From: Candidatus Heimdallarchaeota archaeon
Lineage (GTDB): Archaea > Asgardarchaeota > Heimdallarchaeia > Heimdallarchaeales > Heimdallarchaeaceae
Reading direction: 5' to 3'
Length of the DNA: 32,000 nucleotides
Assembly: GCA_030668875.1 (NCBI GenBank)
Contig: DAOVER010000009.1
Location: forward strand, 1 to 32,000
Shown: positions 17,734 to 27,129 of the stretch, piece by piece
Layout of the letters: every line of letters starts with the position of its first letter
Numbering within the stretch: the first letter of the stretch is position 1
Program-made: the position numbers and the translations under genes
Notes under the pieces: generated by a model
The model's database searches: none
The model's input: only the letters and a program-made list of their open reading frames with translations
Told to the model about the DNA's origin: nothing

Positions 17734-18057
17734 TAATAAAGTTTCTCTAATAATGTAGAAAAATTAGAAAAGAATCTTACGTGAATAATACAGAAGTAAT
17801 TCGCTTTTTGTCGGGACAGTTCAGGCGTTTAAGAGTGTTTTAAGCTTCACAGAAGCATTCTGGTGAAAATAACCGGTTAATCTTGTCTAGATTAAATCTA
17901 AGAGGGAGAGAACATTAAGTACGTATACGTGGTTCAGCTACAATTTGAATTCTATTTCTTCTGAATCTTCGAGATTGAAAAATGAAGTATAGTTAAAACA
18001 TGAAGTTGTAATCAAGAAAAGAAAAAAGCATATTAGTGTTCATTAGATTGAGAACAC

Positions 18058-18501
18058 ATGAAACTAGAAGATGTATTGGATTATCTAAAACTTCAACCTT
18101 TGATGTATCTCGCCACTGTAGATGGGGATCAGCCTAGAGTGAGACCTATGGCTTTAATCTATCATGAGAATACCTGCTGGTTCGTTAGTATTTCTGGAAG
18201 AGAAAAAATAAATGAAATTGACAAAAATAATAATGTTGAATTCGCTATCAATCCCCAAGATAATGAAGATTTGAGTACTATCAGAGGAACAGGAAAAGCT
18301 ATTCTAATAACTGATTTTGAGACAAAGAAGGATGTGATTGAAGTTATTCCTTGGTTTGACGGATATTGGAAATCATATGATGACCCGCGATTCTATTTGT
18401 ATAGACTTGATTTGGAAAAAATTAGTGTTCAAATCCCAGTTAAAAAAGACACATACACGTTTGATCTAAAAACTGGAAGCGTTAAAGTAAAAGAAGAGTG
18501 A
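18058..18501 (+). CDS. Pyridoxamine 5'-phosphate oxidase-like FMN-binding protein
   Basis: YLATVDGDQPRVRPM, K..EI..NNNVEF and IRGTGKA motifs. Confidence 0.88.
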   Translation: MKLEDVLDYLKLQPLMYLATVDGDQPRVRPMALIYHENTCWFVSISGREKINEIDKNNNVEFAINPQDNEDLSTIRGTGKAILITDFETKKDVIEVIPWFDGYWKSYDDPRFYLYRLDLEKISVQIPVKKDTYTFDLKTGSVKVKEE

Positions 18502-18518
18502 CTAAAAGAGAAGTTTTC

Positions 18519-19418
18519 CTATTCCTTCCAACTTACTTCTAATTTACGTCTTGGTGCTGCTCGTTCAAACTTTATGTCTGGGTATCCCATTACGAATACA
18601 CCATGGACATTACGGTTTTTTGGAATTCCTAGAGCTTTTCTTGTCTTCTTACTTCTCCAGAGATACTCGTGAGCAAAACCTATCCAACAAGTTCCCAAAC
18701 CCAGAGATTGTGCTGCAAACATCCCGTGAGTAATAGCGATACCAGCATCAACACCTGTCATTTTTGAGTAAGGGGGTGCATACAATATGATGACAATTGG
18801 AGCTTTAAAGAATATCATATCATCACCTTTTTCTGTTCTCTCAAGGAACATTTCCAAACTCCTTTTAGTTCTTGGACTCTTAATTCTTCTACGTAAGGTT
18901 GGGCTTAAGAAAGGAGATATTAGATAACGCAAGGCCAATAGCTTTCTTGTTGTCCCCATTAAACTCGAAACTTTTGAAGATAACCAGGCTATTTTTTCCT
19001 TATTAGTGATTACTATGTACTGCCTACTTTGTTTATTACTTGCGCTAGGGGAGTATCTCATAGCTTCCAAAACACTGTTTATGTCCTCTTTGGGTACAGG
19101 TTTATCTTTATAGACCCTTATTGATTTTCTAGCTCTTATGTACTTCATCAAGTCTTCATAATTAATCAGAGACTCAGGGTGACTAATCTCTTCAAAAGCA
19201 TAGGTACTATCCTCCCCTTCATAAGAAATTGCTTCTGTGGGACAGATAGAGATACAATGTCCACATCTAAAACAGAAATGATAAGGATCGTCATGGACTA
19301 TTTTCTTTTCCATTCCATCTCTTTTAACAGAAAAAAGTCTCATAGAACAAGCAGTTATACACTTTTCACATTTGATACATTTCTCTGAATCTACGCCTAA
19401 AATCTTCAGCCTTGTCAT
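18519..19418 (-). CDS. Nitroreductase with N-terminal 2x[4Fe-4S] ferredoxin domain
   Basis: CIKCEKCITAC and CFRCGHCISICP, then RKSIRVY, YSPSASNKQ, FKAP and GLGTCWIG. Confidence 0.93.
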   Translation of the reverse strand: MTRLKILGVDSEKCIKCEKCITACSMRLFSVKRDGMEKKIVHDDPYHFCFRCGHCISICPTEAISYEGEDSTYAFEEISHPESLINYEDLMKYIRARKSIRVYKDKPVPKEDINSVLEAMRYSPSASNKQSRQYIVITNKEKIAWLSSKVSSLMGTTRKLLALRYLISPFLSPTLRRRIKSPRTKRSLEMFLERTEKGDDMIFFKAPIVIILYAPPYSKMTGVDAGIAITHGMFAAQSLGLGTCWIGFAHEYLWRSKKTRKALGIPKNRNVHGVFVMGYPDIKFERAAPRRKLEVSWKE

Positions 19419-19486
19419 CTGAAAATAAAATTAAATTAGTACTATATAACTCCAATGAAAATGAAAAAAAGAGAAGAAAAAGAAAA

Positions 19487-21808
19487 TTAGTTTTTATTTC
19501 TGAGTTTTTTAAGGAAACGTTTATTGATAAAAGCTAAACCTACAAGTAGTATAGGTATCATAAACCATGGAAATGCTATGAATGAAGTAGCACAATTAAC
19601 TATTTTTACAGTAGTAACCATAGAATTGCCTTCTGAATCTGTTGCATAAATTTTGTAACGAATATCATCTGCATTTTCATTCCCTGGTATTGTTCCTGCA
19701 TATTCACTAACACCACCAGACATAGTAACATTCGTCCATGTTGAACCACCATCATATGAATAAGAAAGGATAACAGAAGTTATGGTATATGGACCTGTAA
19801 CGACACACGTAACTTGAATATTCTCTCCAGCGTCAGGAGTAAAAGGCACATGGTTTATACTTGAAACTTCAGGACCTATTTCTGACCAAATACCAAGAAC
19901 ATAGCTTGAACCTAATTCACCATCAAAGAAACTGACATGGATGAAGTAGGATCCGGTGTATGTTGCGGTATAATCGAGGTATTCATCAGTGGTATAGCTT
20001 TCACTATAATCTACAATAGTTCCTTGATCATCTACCAAATAGAGATCTAAATCGACTGTAGAAGGATTGAAATCTAGTATTATCTCAACGTTTTGACCAG
20101 AGATTAATTCTATTTCAAAGAAATCATCATCGTATGCAATCAAATCATACTCATTATTGATATCTAGGTAAGCAGCATAATTTAGATGGTCATTTTCTTC
20201 ATATTCATCATCATCATACTCAATTGTTTCCATGGTCAAAGTGTAAGAACCGGAACCATCGTAAGCATAAACAAGGAAGAATACAGTAGTTACACTTGAA
20301 ATTGGGAGAATCAGCACTTCTGGATAATCATCAGTGTTTGTACTCGAAGTAGTAACCCCGTTTGACATACCCAGATAAATTTCTTCATTAAAGGCATATA
20401 AATCGAAATCGACAGATGAATCCATTGTTAGAGTAACTTTATAAGCAATTCCAGCTCCAGGATTTGATAAATCAGCTTGTATATATTGGTAAGAGCCGGA
20501 GGTGAGAGATCCAGAATAAGGAGAACCTACAGAGACTGAAGGAATAAGAGTATCTACGGTGTCTCTCCATTCATATACGAAGTTATCCCAGTCTGTATTA
20601 GCAACAAACTCTAAATCATAATAATTGTTGTAATAGCTATTGACTATACTTTGATTTGAGTAGATATAGAAATCGTTTACATAGTTATAGGGCAAGCTTG
20701 GAAGGAAAACCCAAAGCCCATAGGGTGTTATGTACAAACTTGAATCTGTTGCAATCAAAGCGTCATCTAACATGTTTAAGAGATTTGTTGCAGCTGTATT
20801 AACACCAAAAGCAGATATGCTCTGCACTTCATCAATAAATTGATAAAACTCACACACAAATTCTGGTGGGTAGCTATCCGCCATATTTATCGCATTGTAA
20901 ATAGTGCTATAGTACGTTGGCAAAGCAGCAATCAAAGCTTGTGAAAAATCATTTACAAGAGAATCAATTCCTGATATTGCTGTAGTATTATAAGCTGATA
21001 GAGTAATGTCAACATCATACAACGAGTAAGAATCTATGTATTCATAGACAATTGTATTTGCCCATTCACTTGCTGTTTGAGTTGGATTGGCAATCAAATC
21101 TGCAAGAATGACATCATATGGGAATCCATCACCTGGAATAGTGTAAAGGCTTGATACTAGTGTCCCACAATTATCTTGGAACTCATATAGTATTTCTATA
21201 TGCCCCATTACACATGCATCGAATGCAAGTAAATTAAAATAGTAGCCTTCTAAAGCATCATCCACTTCATCAATTGTTAGATAATCATCATCATCATCAT
21301 CCCAACAAACACCATCTAAACCAGCACCGTGATCCCAAAGGATTAAGGCAGTATTATTAGCAGGAAAGTTGGTTAATCCCCAATCTACAAAAGAGGTTAG
21401 TGTAGCACCGTCGCCCATATTTTGTTCTCCAAGTGAAGCATTCATAGGAGAAGTAAATGTGCTAAGTAAGGAATCACCTTCTATTACATAATACCTAGAT
21501 TCTGTCCAAGCACTTACGTACGCAGGATCAGGATAATCCTCTGTGCTTTGATCTACCATGACTACAACATTAACATCAGCAGTTGTACCTCCAGCTGCTT
21601 CAAGTTCGTTTAAGTCATCCATAGCAAAATATTCCAAATTATTGTCACCACACATATAGATTAAAACTGTCCAATCTTTGTTAGTAGCATCTAAAGAAAT
21701 ATCTGATTGAGTAACATCAGAATTAGTCCCTGCGACTAAGGTCAAGGGAATGGAGGCGAATAATAAGGAAAATATCAAAATTCTTGTTTTTAAACATGAA
21801 AAGCTCAT
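19487..21808 (-). CDS. Clostripain-related (C11) cysteine peptidase with two PPC domains, an Ig-like domain and a C-terminal TM anchor
   Basis: WTVLIYMCGDNNLE, NMGDGATL, catalytic LWDHGAG and FDACVMG, two DxDLY PPC repeats, and FPWFMIPILLVGLAFINKRFLKK at the C-terminus. ATG 21808 (MSFSCLKTRILIF, signal peptide) is preferred over the track start at 21964, which would overlap the divergent gene. Confidence 0.92.
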   Translation of the reverse strand: MSFSCLKTRILIFSLLFASIPLTLVAGTNSDVTQSDISLDATNKDWTVLIYMCGDNNLEYFAMDDLNELEAAGGTTADVNVVVMVDQSTEDYPDPAYVSAWTESRYYVIEGDSLLSTFTSPMNASLGEQNMGDGATLTSFVDWGLTNFPANNTALILWDHGAGLDGVCWDDDDDDYLTIDEVDDALEGYYFNLLAFDACVMGHIEILYEFQDNCGTLVSSLYTIPGDGFPYDVILADLIANPTQTASEWANTIVYEYIDSYSLYDVDITLSAYNTTAISGIDSLVNDFSQALIAALPTYYSTIYNAINMADSYPPEFVCEFYQFIDEVQSISAFGVNTAATNLLNMLDDALIATDSSLYITPYGLWVFLPSLPYNYVNDFYIYSNQSIVNSYYNNYYDLEFVANTDWDNFVYEWRDTVDTLIPSVSVGSPYSGSLTSGSYQYIQADLSNPGAGIAYKVTLTMDSSVDFDLYAFNEEIYLGMSNGVTTSSTNTDDYPEVLILPISSVTTVFFLVYAYDGSGSYTLTMETIEYDDDEYEENDHLNYAAYLDINNEYDLIAYDDDFFEIELISGQNVEIILDFNPSTVDLDLYLVDDQGTIVDYSESYTTDEYLDYTATYTGSYFIHVSFFDGELGSSYVLGIWSEIGPEVSSINHVPFTPDAGENIQVTCVVTGPYTITSVILSYSYDGGSTWTNVTMSGGVSEYAGTIPGNENADDIRYKIYATDSEGNSMVTTVKIVNCATSFIAFPWFMIPILLVGLAFINKRFLKKLRNKN

Positions 21809-21933
21809 AATAAATAGATGATAGTTGGTATTATTTATATTTTTACAATTAGGATGTGACAAGAATATCTGCGTTAAGACCAAATACTTATCAGTCTCTT
21901 TATCAAATGAAATCAAAACAGATGATGATTTAA

Positions 21934-23436
21934 ATGAAAGAGAAATATGAGCAACTTCTAGCAATGTACAAGGATATACAGGTTATTGAACAAATAGCCA
22001 TGCTTCTTGGTTGGGACCAAGAAGTTTTAATGCCTAAAGGAGGCATAATACAAAGAAGTGAACAACAAGGATATATTGCAAGATTAACTCACAAAACTGG
22101 AACAGATCCCAAAATAGGAGAACTATTAAAAGAAATCAAAGAGCACGGAGATTATGATAAACAATCTGAAGTAGAAAAGAGGAATGTATATCTAATTCAA
22201 AGGGATTATGAAAAAACAACAAAACTACCTGAAGACTTTGTTGTTGAATACACTAAAACTAGAGTGATGGCTGTTGAAGCTTGGAGGGAAGCACGAGCTG
22301 AAAATGATTTTTCTAAGTTTCAACCATTTCTAGAGAAAATATTTGAAATGGCAAAGCAGTACGCTAACTACATCAATCCGAATATTCCTCCATATGAGGT
22401 TCTTCTCGACGAATTTGAACCCGGGATGTCCAGTGAAAAATATACAGAAATTTTTACACCTTTAAGAGAAGCAATAGTTGAACTCATAAGGAAATGCAAA
22501 GAAGCACCTACACAACCTGATACTTCTTTGATATATAGAAAAGTTTCATTAGATATTCAGGACAAATTGTCCAAGGATCTTGTTCCTTTAATCAACTTCA
22601 ATACGGAAAATGGAAGAATTGATGTTTCAACACACCCATTCACAACCGGTGCATATGATGATGTAAGAATAACAACAAGATATCAAGAAGATGATTTTAC
22701 ATGTTCGTTCTTCTCAGTTATGCACGAAGGTGGCCATGGATGTTATGAACAAAACCAAGCAGAGAAGTGGAAATATCAACCCGTAGGGAAATACTGCTCT
22801 TTAGGTCTTCACGAATCTCAATCTAGGTTTTACGAAAACACTCTCGGGAGAAGCAAATCATTTTGGTTTTATTATTTGGATAGATTCAAAAAACTAACGG
22901 GAGATATTTTTTCTGATGTTCAATATGATGTATTCATTCGTGCAATAAACGCAGTTGAACCCTCTATGATAAGAGTAGAAGCAGATGAAGTCACCTATAA
23001 TCTACATATAATCCTTAGATATGAAATTGAAAGAGATCTATTTGCAGGAAAAATTGAGATAAAAGATTTACCCAGGATATGGAAAGACAGAATGAAAGAT
23101 ATGCTTGGAATAGAAGTCAAAAAAGATAGTGATGGTGTTCTCCAAGATATTCACTGGAGTGGAGGAACCTTTGGATATTTCCCAACATATTCACTCGGTA
23201 ATGTTTATGCTGCTCAATTCTTCAATAAATTGATTAAGGACATACCAGATTGGAATACCAAATTAGAAAGTGGTGATATATCTTCTATGCTAGACTGGAT
23301 GAAAACTAACGTCCAAGAGAAAGGAAATCTCTACGACGCGCCTGAACTAGTTAAAATTGTCACAGGAGAGTGTCCAACTCCGAAGTATCTTATTGATTTT
23401 TTGGAGAAAAAATACTCTGCAATTTATGGATTCTAA
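21934..23436 (+). CDS. Carboxypeptidase Taq (M32)
   Basis: LLGWDQ, HPF, DVRITTRY, HEGGH, HESQSRF, IRVEADE, QDIHWS and GYFPTY motifs. Confidence 0.96.
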   Translation: MKEKYEQLLAMYKDIQVIEQIAMLLGWDQEVLMPKGGIIQRSEQQGYIARLTHKTGTDPKIGELLKEIKEHGDYDKQSEVEKRNVYLIQRDYEKTTKLPEDFVVEYTKTRVMAVEAWREARAENDFSKFQPFLEKIFEMAKQYANYINPNIPPYEVLLDEFEPGMSSEKYTEIFTPLREAIVELIRKCKEAPTQPDTSLIYRKVSLDIQDKLSKDLVPLINFNTENGRIDVSTHPFTTGAYDDVRITTRYQEDDFTCSFFSVMHEGGHGCYEQNQAEKWKYQPVGKYCSLGLHESQSRFYENTLGRSKSFWFYYLDRFKKLTGDIFSDVQYDVFIRAINAVEPSMIRVEADEVTYNLHIILRYEIERDLFAGKIEIKDLPRIWKDRMKDMLGIEVKKDSDGVLQDIHWSGGTFGYFPTYSLGNVYAAQFFNKLIKDIPDWNTKLESGDISSMLDWMKTNVQEKGNLYDAPELVKIVTGECPTPKYLIDFLEKKYSAIYGF

Positions 23437-23453
23437 AGAATCCTTCCTTTTTT
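23428..23453 (+). terminator. Hairpin GGATTC-TAAA-GAATCC overlapping the M32 stop, followed by a T tract
   Basis: 6-7 bp stem plus TTCCTTTTTT seen directly. Confidence 0.4.
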
Positions 23454-23598
23454 GTATAATGGTGGTTTTTTGATAATAGAATGAAATTGTAAGTTAATGA
23501 ATGATGAAGAATCATATGGTGAATGGCCTACGTAAGATATGTAGAATCTTTTAAGAAAATAAATTGGGGAACAGCAAGAAAATACCTAGATTAGAGAT

Positions 23599-25995
23599 TT
23601 ATTTCTCAAACACCAGATAGTTTGATTTTTCTTCACCCATTATATCTATTTCGCCAAGTTCAACATATTTCTTCTTTTTCCCTTCTCTCTTAATAGTGAA
23701 ATACCATGTATCTCCAGTCTTTTTCTCTCCTTGGATATTGACGATTTCATAATCACCGTTATTAAAATCAAGTGAATCTCCATCATCTAGATAGATTTCT
23801 CCTTCAGCTTCCGAATCTTTTGGATATACTCTAAGAGATATTTTCGATTTGTAAATCTCTCCTGTATGCTGAATAGGTTCCGTAATATAGGGTATGATAG
23901 AGCCTTCCTTAACAAATATTGGTACCATGTTCAAAGGCACATCAACTTCATGCACTTTTCCACCATCAAGAACAAGTTCTCCACAGAAACTATACCACCT
24001 ACCTTGAGGAAGATAAACTTCTCTCTTCCTTTTACCCTTCTTAAGAACAGGAGCTATAAGTAAACTATCTCCGAACAGATATTCAGTCTCTGACCATTCA
24101 GCGAAATGCGCCATAGGGTCCTTTGAATAATCTACCCACAATGGTCGAAATGCTGGAACGCCAGTTAGGCAAGCTTTTCTAATGCTATTATAGATGTAAA
24201 CCATAAGAGAATATCTTAATTGGATAACCTGTCGAATAATCTCTTCAGTTTTCTTTCCATGAACCCATGGTTCTTGAGAGCATTTTTTGTTAATCGTGTG
24301 ATTTCTGAAGTATGGATAGAAACACCCGGCTTGATACCATCGGATAAGAAGTTCAGCTCCGGGTTTTCTAGCAAAACCACCAATATCAGGACCAATCATA
24401 ACTTGTCCAGAAACAGCCATATTAAGCATCATTGGAATAGATAATTGTAAATGTCGCCACTCTGCAACATTATCTCCTGTCCACGTCCCTGCATATCTAT
24501 GAGTCCCTAGGTATGCTGACCTAGAATTGATGTAAATCCTATTATTTGGAAGAAGTTTTCGTAATCCCTCATAAGTTGCTTTTGCCATTAAATGTGCATA
24601 TTCATTATGTACTTCTTTATGCAAACGAGGTTCTCCTTCTCCAGGATGTACAACATCATCATCTATTGTTCCTTTGTCATTGAATACTGATGGGTCATTC
24701 ATATCAATCCAAAAACCTCTAATGCCTGCCTTAGTTAAATCTTTAAAGTGACTGCCAAACCATTCACGTGTTTTTGCTTGAGTAAAGTCAGGAAAATGGC
24801 AATCACCAGGCCAAACGGGGCCAATATAAACTGAACCATCAGGATTTAAGCAGAAATGTTCTCCTTTGATTCCTTCTTTGTAAAGCTTATAATCTGGATC
24901 CACTTTGACTCCAGGATCTGTCATGGCCATCAAACGAAATCCTTGCTCAAGAAGATCATCTGATAATTTCTTTGGATTTGGGAAGTGTTCCTTATTCCAA
25001 GTAAATATTCTATATTCATCCATATAATCAATGTCTAAGTGGATATAATCACAAGGTATTTTCCTATTTCTGAATTCCGAGGCTAGAGCTCTAACTTCTG
25101 ATTCAGGATAGTAAGACCATCGACTTTGATGATGCCCAAGAGCAGAAATCGGTGGGAGGGGGGCCTTCCCAAGTAACTCTGTGAGTTTTCTAAACACTTT
25201 GTATACTGTGGGGCCAACAATAATGTAGTAGTTTATACCACCACCATTAACATAATATTTTGCTGAACAATCAACATCATCTCCGATTCTAATTTGGCTT
25301 CGATTAGGGTTATCATAAACAACAGCATAACAAAAACCATTTGAACGAACAACGATTTGGATAGGCTGAGATTGATACAATTTTGAATCATCGTCATCAT
25401 AAGAAAATGAATCTGTATTCCAGAATGAGATAGTTTCACCTTTTTTGTTTAAAGGCCCACCTTTTTCACCAAAACCATAATAATTTTCGCAAATTACATT
25501 GGGGAGTTTTTCAATTTTGTACCAATCTTCTTCGTGATAACTCGGAAATTCTTCATTATAAATTTGGAATCCAAATCCATCTGTAAAAGTAATCTTACTA
25601 GCTTCTTTGTCTATTGTAGCAACAATAAAAACAGTTGGACCAGATTCTTGCGTAATAATTATTTCTTCTTCCTCTTTCTTTATAACCAACCCTGGTGCTG
25701 ATTTAGTGTCTTGAATTACTGCATCGGTTCGGGGGATATCAGACAGCTGTTTAGAGATTCTAACGTTTAAAACCCCATTAGCAACAGATTTTATTTGAAG
25801 TTCCCCATCTTCTAATGAGGCATGAAAATCAAATTTGCGAGTTTCACTAGAAGATATTTTTCCCATTTTTTCCCATTTAGACTCGTCTTTTGGCAATACT
25901 ATTTCATTATATTTCATCATTTTTCTTCTAATGATGTTGTTCAAGGCGAATTTAACCATCCAAAAGGGTACTTTTCCTATTAATTCATTAGACAT
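23599..25995 (-). CDS. Glycoside hydrolase family 31 (alpha-glucosidase-like, TIM barrel)
   Basis: YGFGEK, HQSRWSY, LDIDYMD, VWPG, WIDMN (nucleophile), WTGDN (acid/base), GPDIGGF, YFRNH and YLPQGRWY motifs. No signal peptide. Confidence 0.96.
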   Translation of the reverse strand: MSNELIGKVPFWMVKFALNNIIRRKMMKYNEIVLPKDESKWEKMGKISSSETRKFDFHASLEDGELQIKSVANGVLNVRISKQLSDIPRTDAVIQDTKSAPGLVIKKEEEEIIITQESGPTVFIVATIDKEASKITFTDGFGFQIYNEEFPSYHEEDWYKIEKLPNVICENYYGFGEKGGPLNKKGETISFWNTDSFSYDDDDSKLYQSQPIQIVVRSNGFCYAVVYDNPNRSQIRIGDDVDCSAKYYVNGGGINYYIIVGPTVYKVFRKLTELLGKAPLPPISALGHHQSRWSYYPESEVRALASEFRNRKIPCDYIHLDIDYMDEYRIFTWNKEHFPNPKKLSDDLLEQGFRLMAMTDPGVKVDPDYKLYKEGIKGEHFCLNPDGSVYIGPVWPGDCHFPDFTQAKTREWFGSHFKDLTKAGIRGFWIDMNDPSVFNDKGTIDDDVVHPGEGEPRLHKEVHNEYAHLMAKATYEGLRKLLPNNRIYINSRSAYLGTHRYAGTWTGDNVAEWRHLQLSIPMMLNMAVSGQVMIGPDIGGFARKPGAELLIRWYQAGCFYPYFRNHTINKKCSQEPWVHGKKTEEIIRQVIQLRYSLMVYIYNSIRKACLTGVPAFRPLWVDYSKDPMAHFAEWSETEYLFGDSLLIAPVLKKGKRKREVYLPQGRWYSFCGELVLDGGKVHEVDVPLNMVPIFVKEGSIIPYITEPIQHTGEIYKSKISLRVYPKDSEAEGEIYLDDGDSLDFNNGDYEIVNIQGEKKTGDTWYFTIKREGKKKKYVELGEIDIMGEEKSNYLVFEK

Positions 25996-26046
25996 TAGGT
26001 TAACAGTCTATCAAGAAATTAAAAATCTATCGAGGAGTTAATTCTG

Positions 26047-26565
26047 TTATGGTTTGAATGAAATAAAGATAATAAGTGCTATAAGAAATGTACCTAAAGC
26101 AATCCCAGTAATGGTGAAAGCATTTGCTGGTAGAATTTTTAGATCAATTGTAATTTTATTTGAGAAAGGAGCTAAAGGTTTCATCTTTCCTGATATTAAA
26201 TCGACAAGATAATGTGCAACATAACAACTACTCGCCAAAATAGCTAATTCAGGAACATTAGCCACCCAAAATATGAGAGAGCTGAATCCGCAGACCACTA
26301 GAACGCCAAATGGTTCATGCAACCATGTATGATAAATGAACTCATCTCTTTCATCCACTGTTTTAAAATAAAGTTTAATCAGTTGAGGAATGTTCCATAA
26401 TTTAATCTCGGGATGCTTCCTCTTATAATAGAAAACATGATCATAATCTACAAGAACTCCGAAAACAAACATTACGATTAGAAGCAACCAAAGTGGGACA
26501 TCGTAAAATTGAATGAATATAAACCCAATTAGTACAGATATACTTCCATGGGTAACAGAGTCCAT
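26047..26565 (-). CDS. Membrane-bound metal-dependent hydrolase (YdjM/LexA-binding inner-membrane hydrolase-like)
   Basis: THGS, DYDH, HTWLHEP and HYLVD His/Asp motifs between TM helices. Confidence 0.75.
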   Translation of the reverse strand: MDSVTHGSISVLIGFIFIQFYDVPLWLLLIVMFVFGVLVDYDHVFYYKRKHPEIKLWNIPQLIKLYFKTVDERDEFIYHTWLHEPFGVLVVCGFSSLIFWVANVPELAILASSCYVAHYLVDLISGKMKPLAPFSNKITIDLKILPANAFTITGIALGTFLIALIIFISFKP

Positions 26566-26646
26566 GGAAACTTTTGTGAGTATGTGAGTTATAAAATTTT
26601 CTCACGTAACAGTTTGCTAAAGTTTATTTGAAAGAAAGAATATTGT

Positions 26647-27114
26647 ATGTTAATGGATTGCAGTAAATTCGATAAAATTATCTCAACGCCCTCTGTTGGT
26701 GATGAAACAAGAAGGTCTGCTCTTAAAACTCTGATCAAGGGTGGATGTTTAGCTTCATTATACAATCATGCTTTAACACCTTCAAGAATTGATTGGATAA
26801 GAAACTACTCGCTCTTGGCTTTAACAAAATTTGCTACAATCAATACTTCTAGTTATGATGTTGCAATAACACTTCAAGATGATGAAATCCCCCTCGATAG
26901 CTCAATGGACTTACTGATGCTGAAGAAAAAAGCTGCTAAGCTTCTTTTTATGTTTACATCTACACCTAACAAACCAAGAAAATTCAAAAAAATATCTTTA
27001 ATGGGAATGATTGTTGGAGAACATTGGAAGTATTGTGAGGAACTGCTTAAAGATTCTGAAGCAGAAGAATGGGTGAAACGAACTATTCAGTCTGCATTAA
27101 AAACAAGAAAATAA
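26647..27114 (+). CDS. Hypothetical protein with HEAT/ARM-like helical repeats
   Basis: Recurring DETRRSALKTL, DWIRNYSLLAL and EEWVKRTIQSAL segments. An alternative ATG is at 26653. Confidence 0.6.
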   Translation: MLMDCSKFDKIISTPSVGDETRRSALKTLIKGGCLASLYNHALTPSRIDWIRNYSLLALTKFATINTSSYDVAITLQDDEIPLDSSMDLLMLKKKAAKLLFMFTSTPNKPRKFKKISLMGMIVGEHWKYCEELLKDSEAEEWVKRTIQSALKTRK

Positions 27115-27129
27115 AAAGAAAAGAGAAAG

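Noticed and set aside
21284-21301. (TCA)n trinucleotide run in the C11 gene
   Set aside because: It encodes the acidic WDDDDDDY loop typical after the clostripain His motif. It is in frame and not a phase-variation tract.
21809-21964. 52-codon N-terminal extension of the C11 peptidase overlapping the M32 gene
   Set aside because: The signal peptide begins at Met 21808. The extension is low-complexity intergenic sequence and would overlap a divergent gene.
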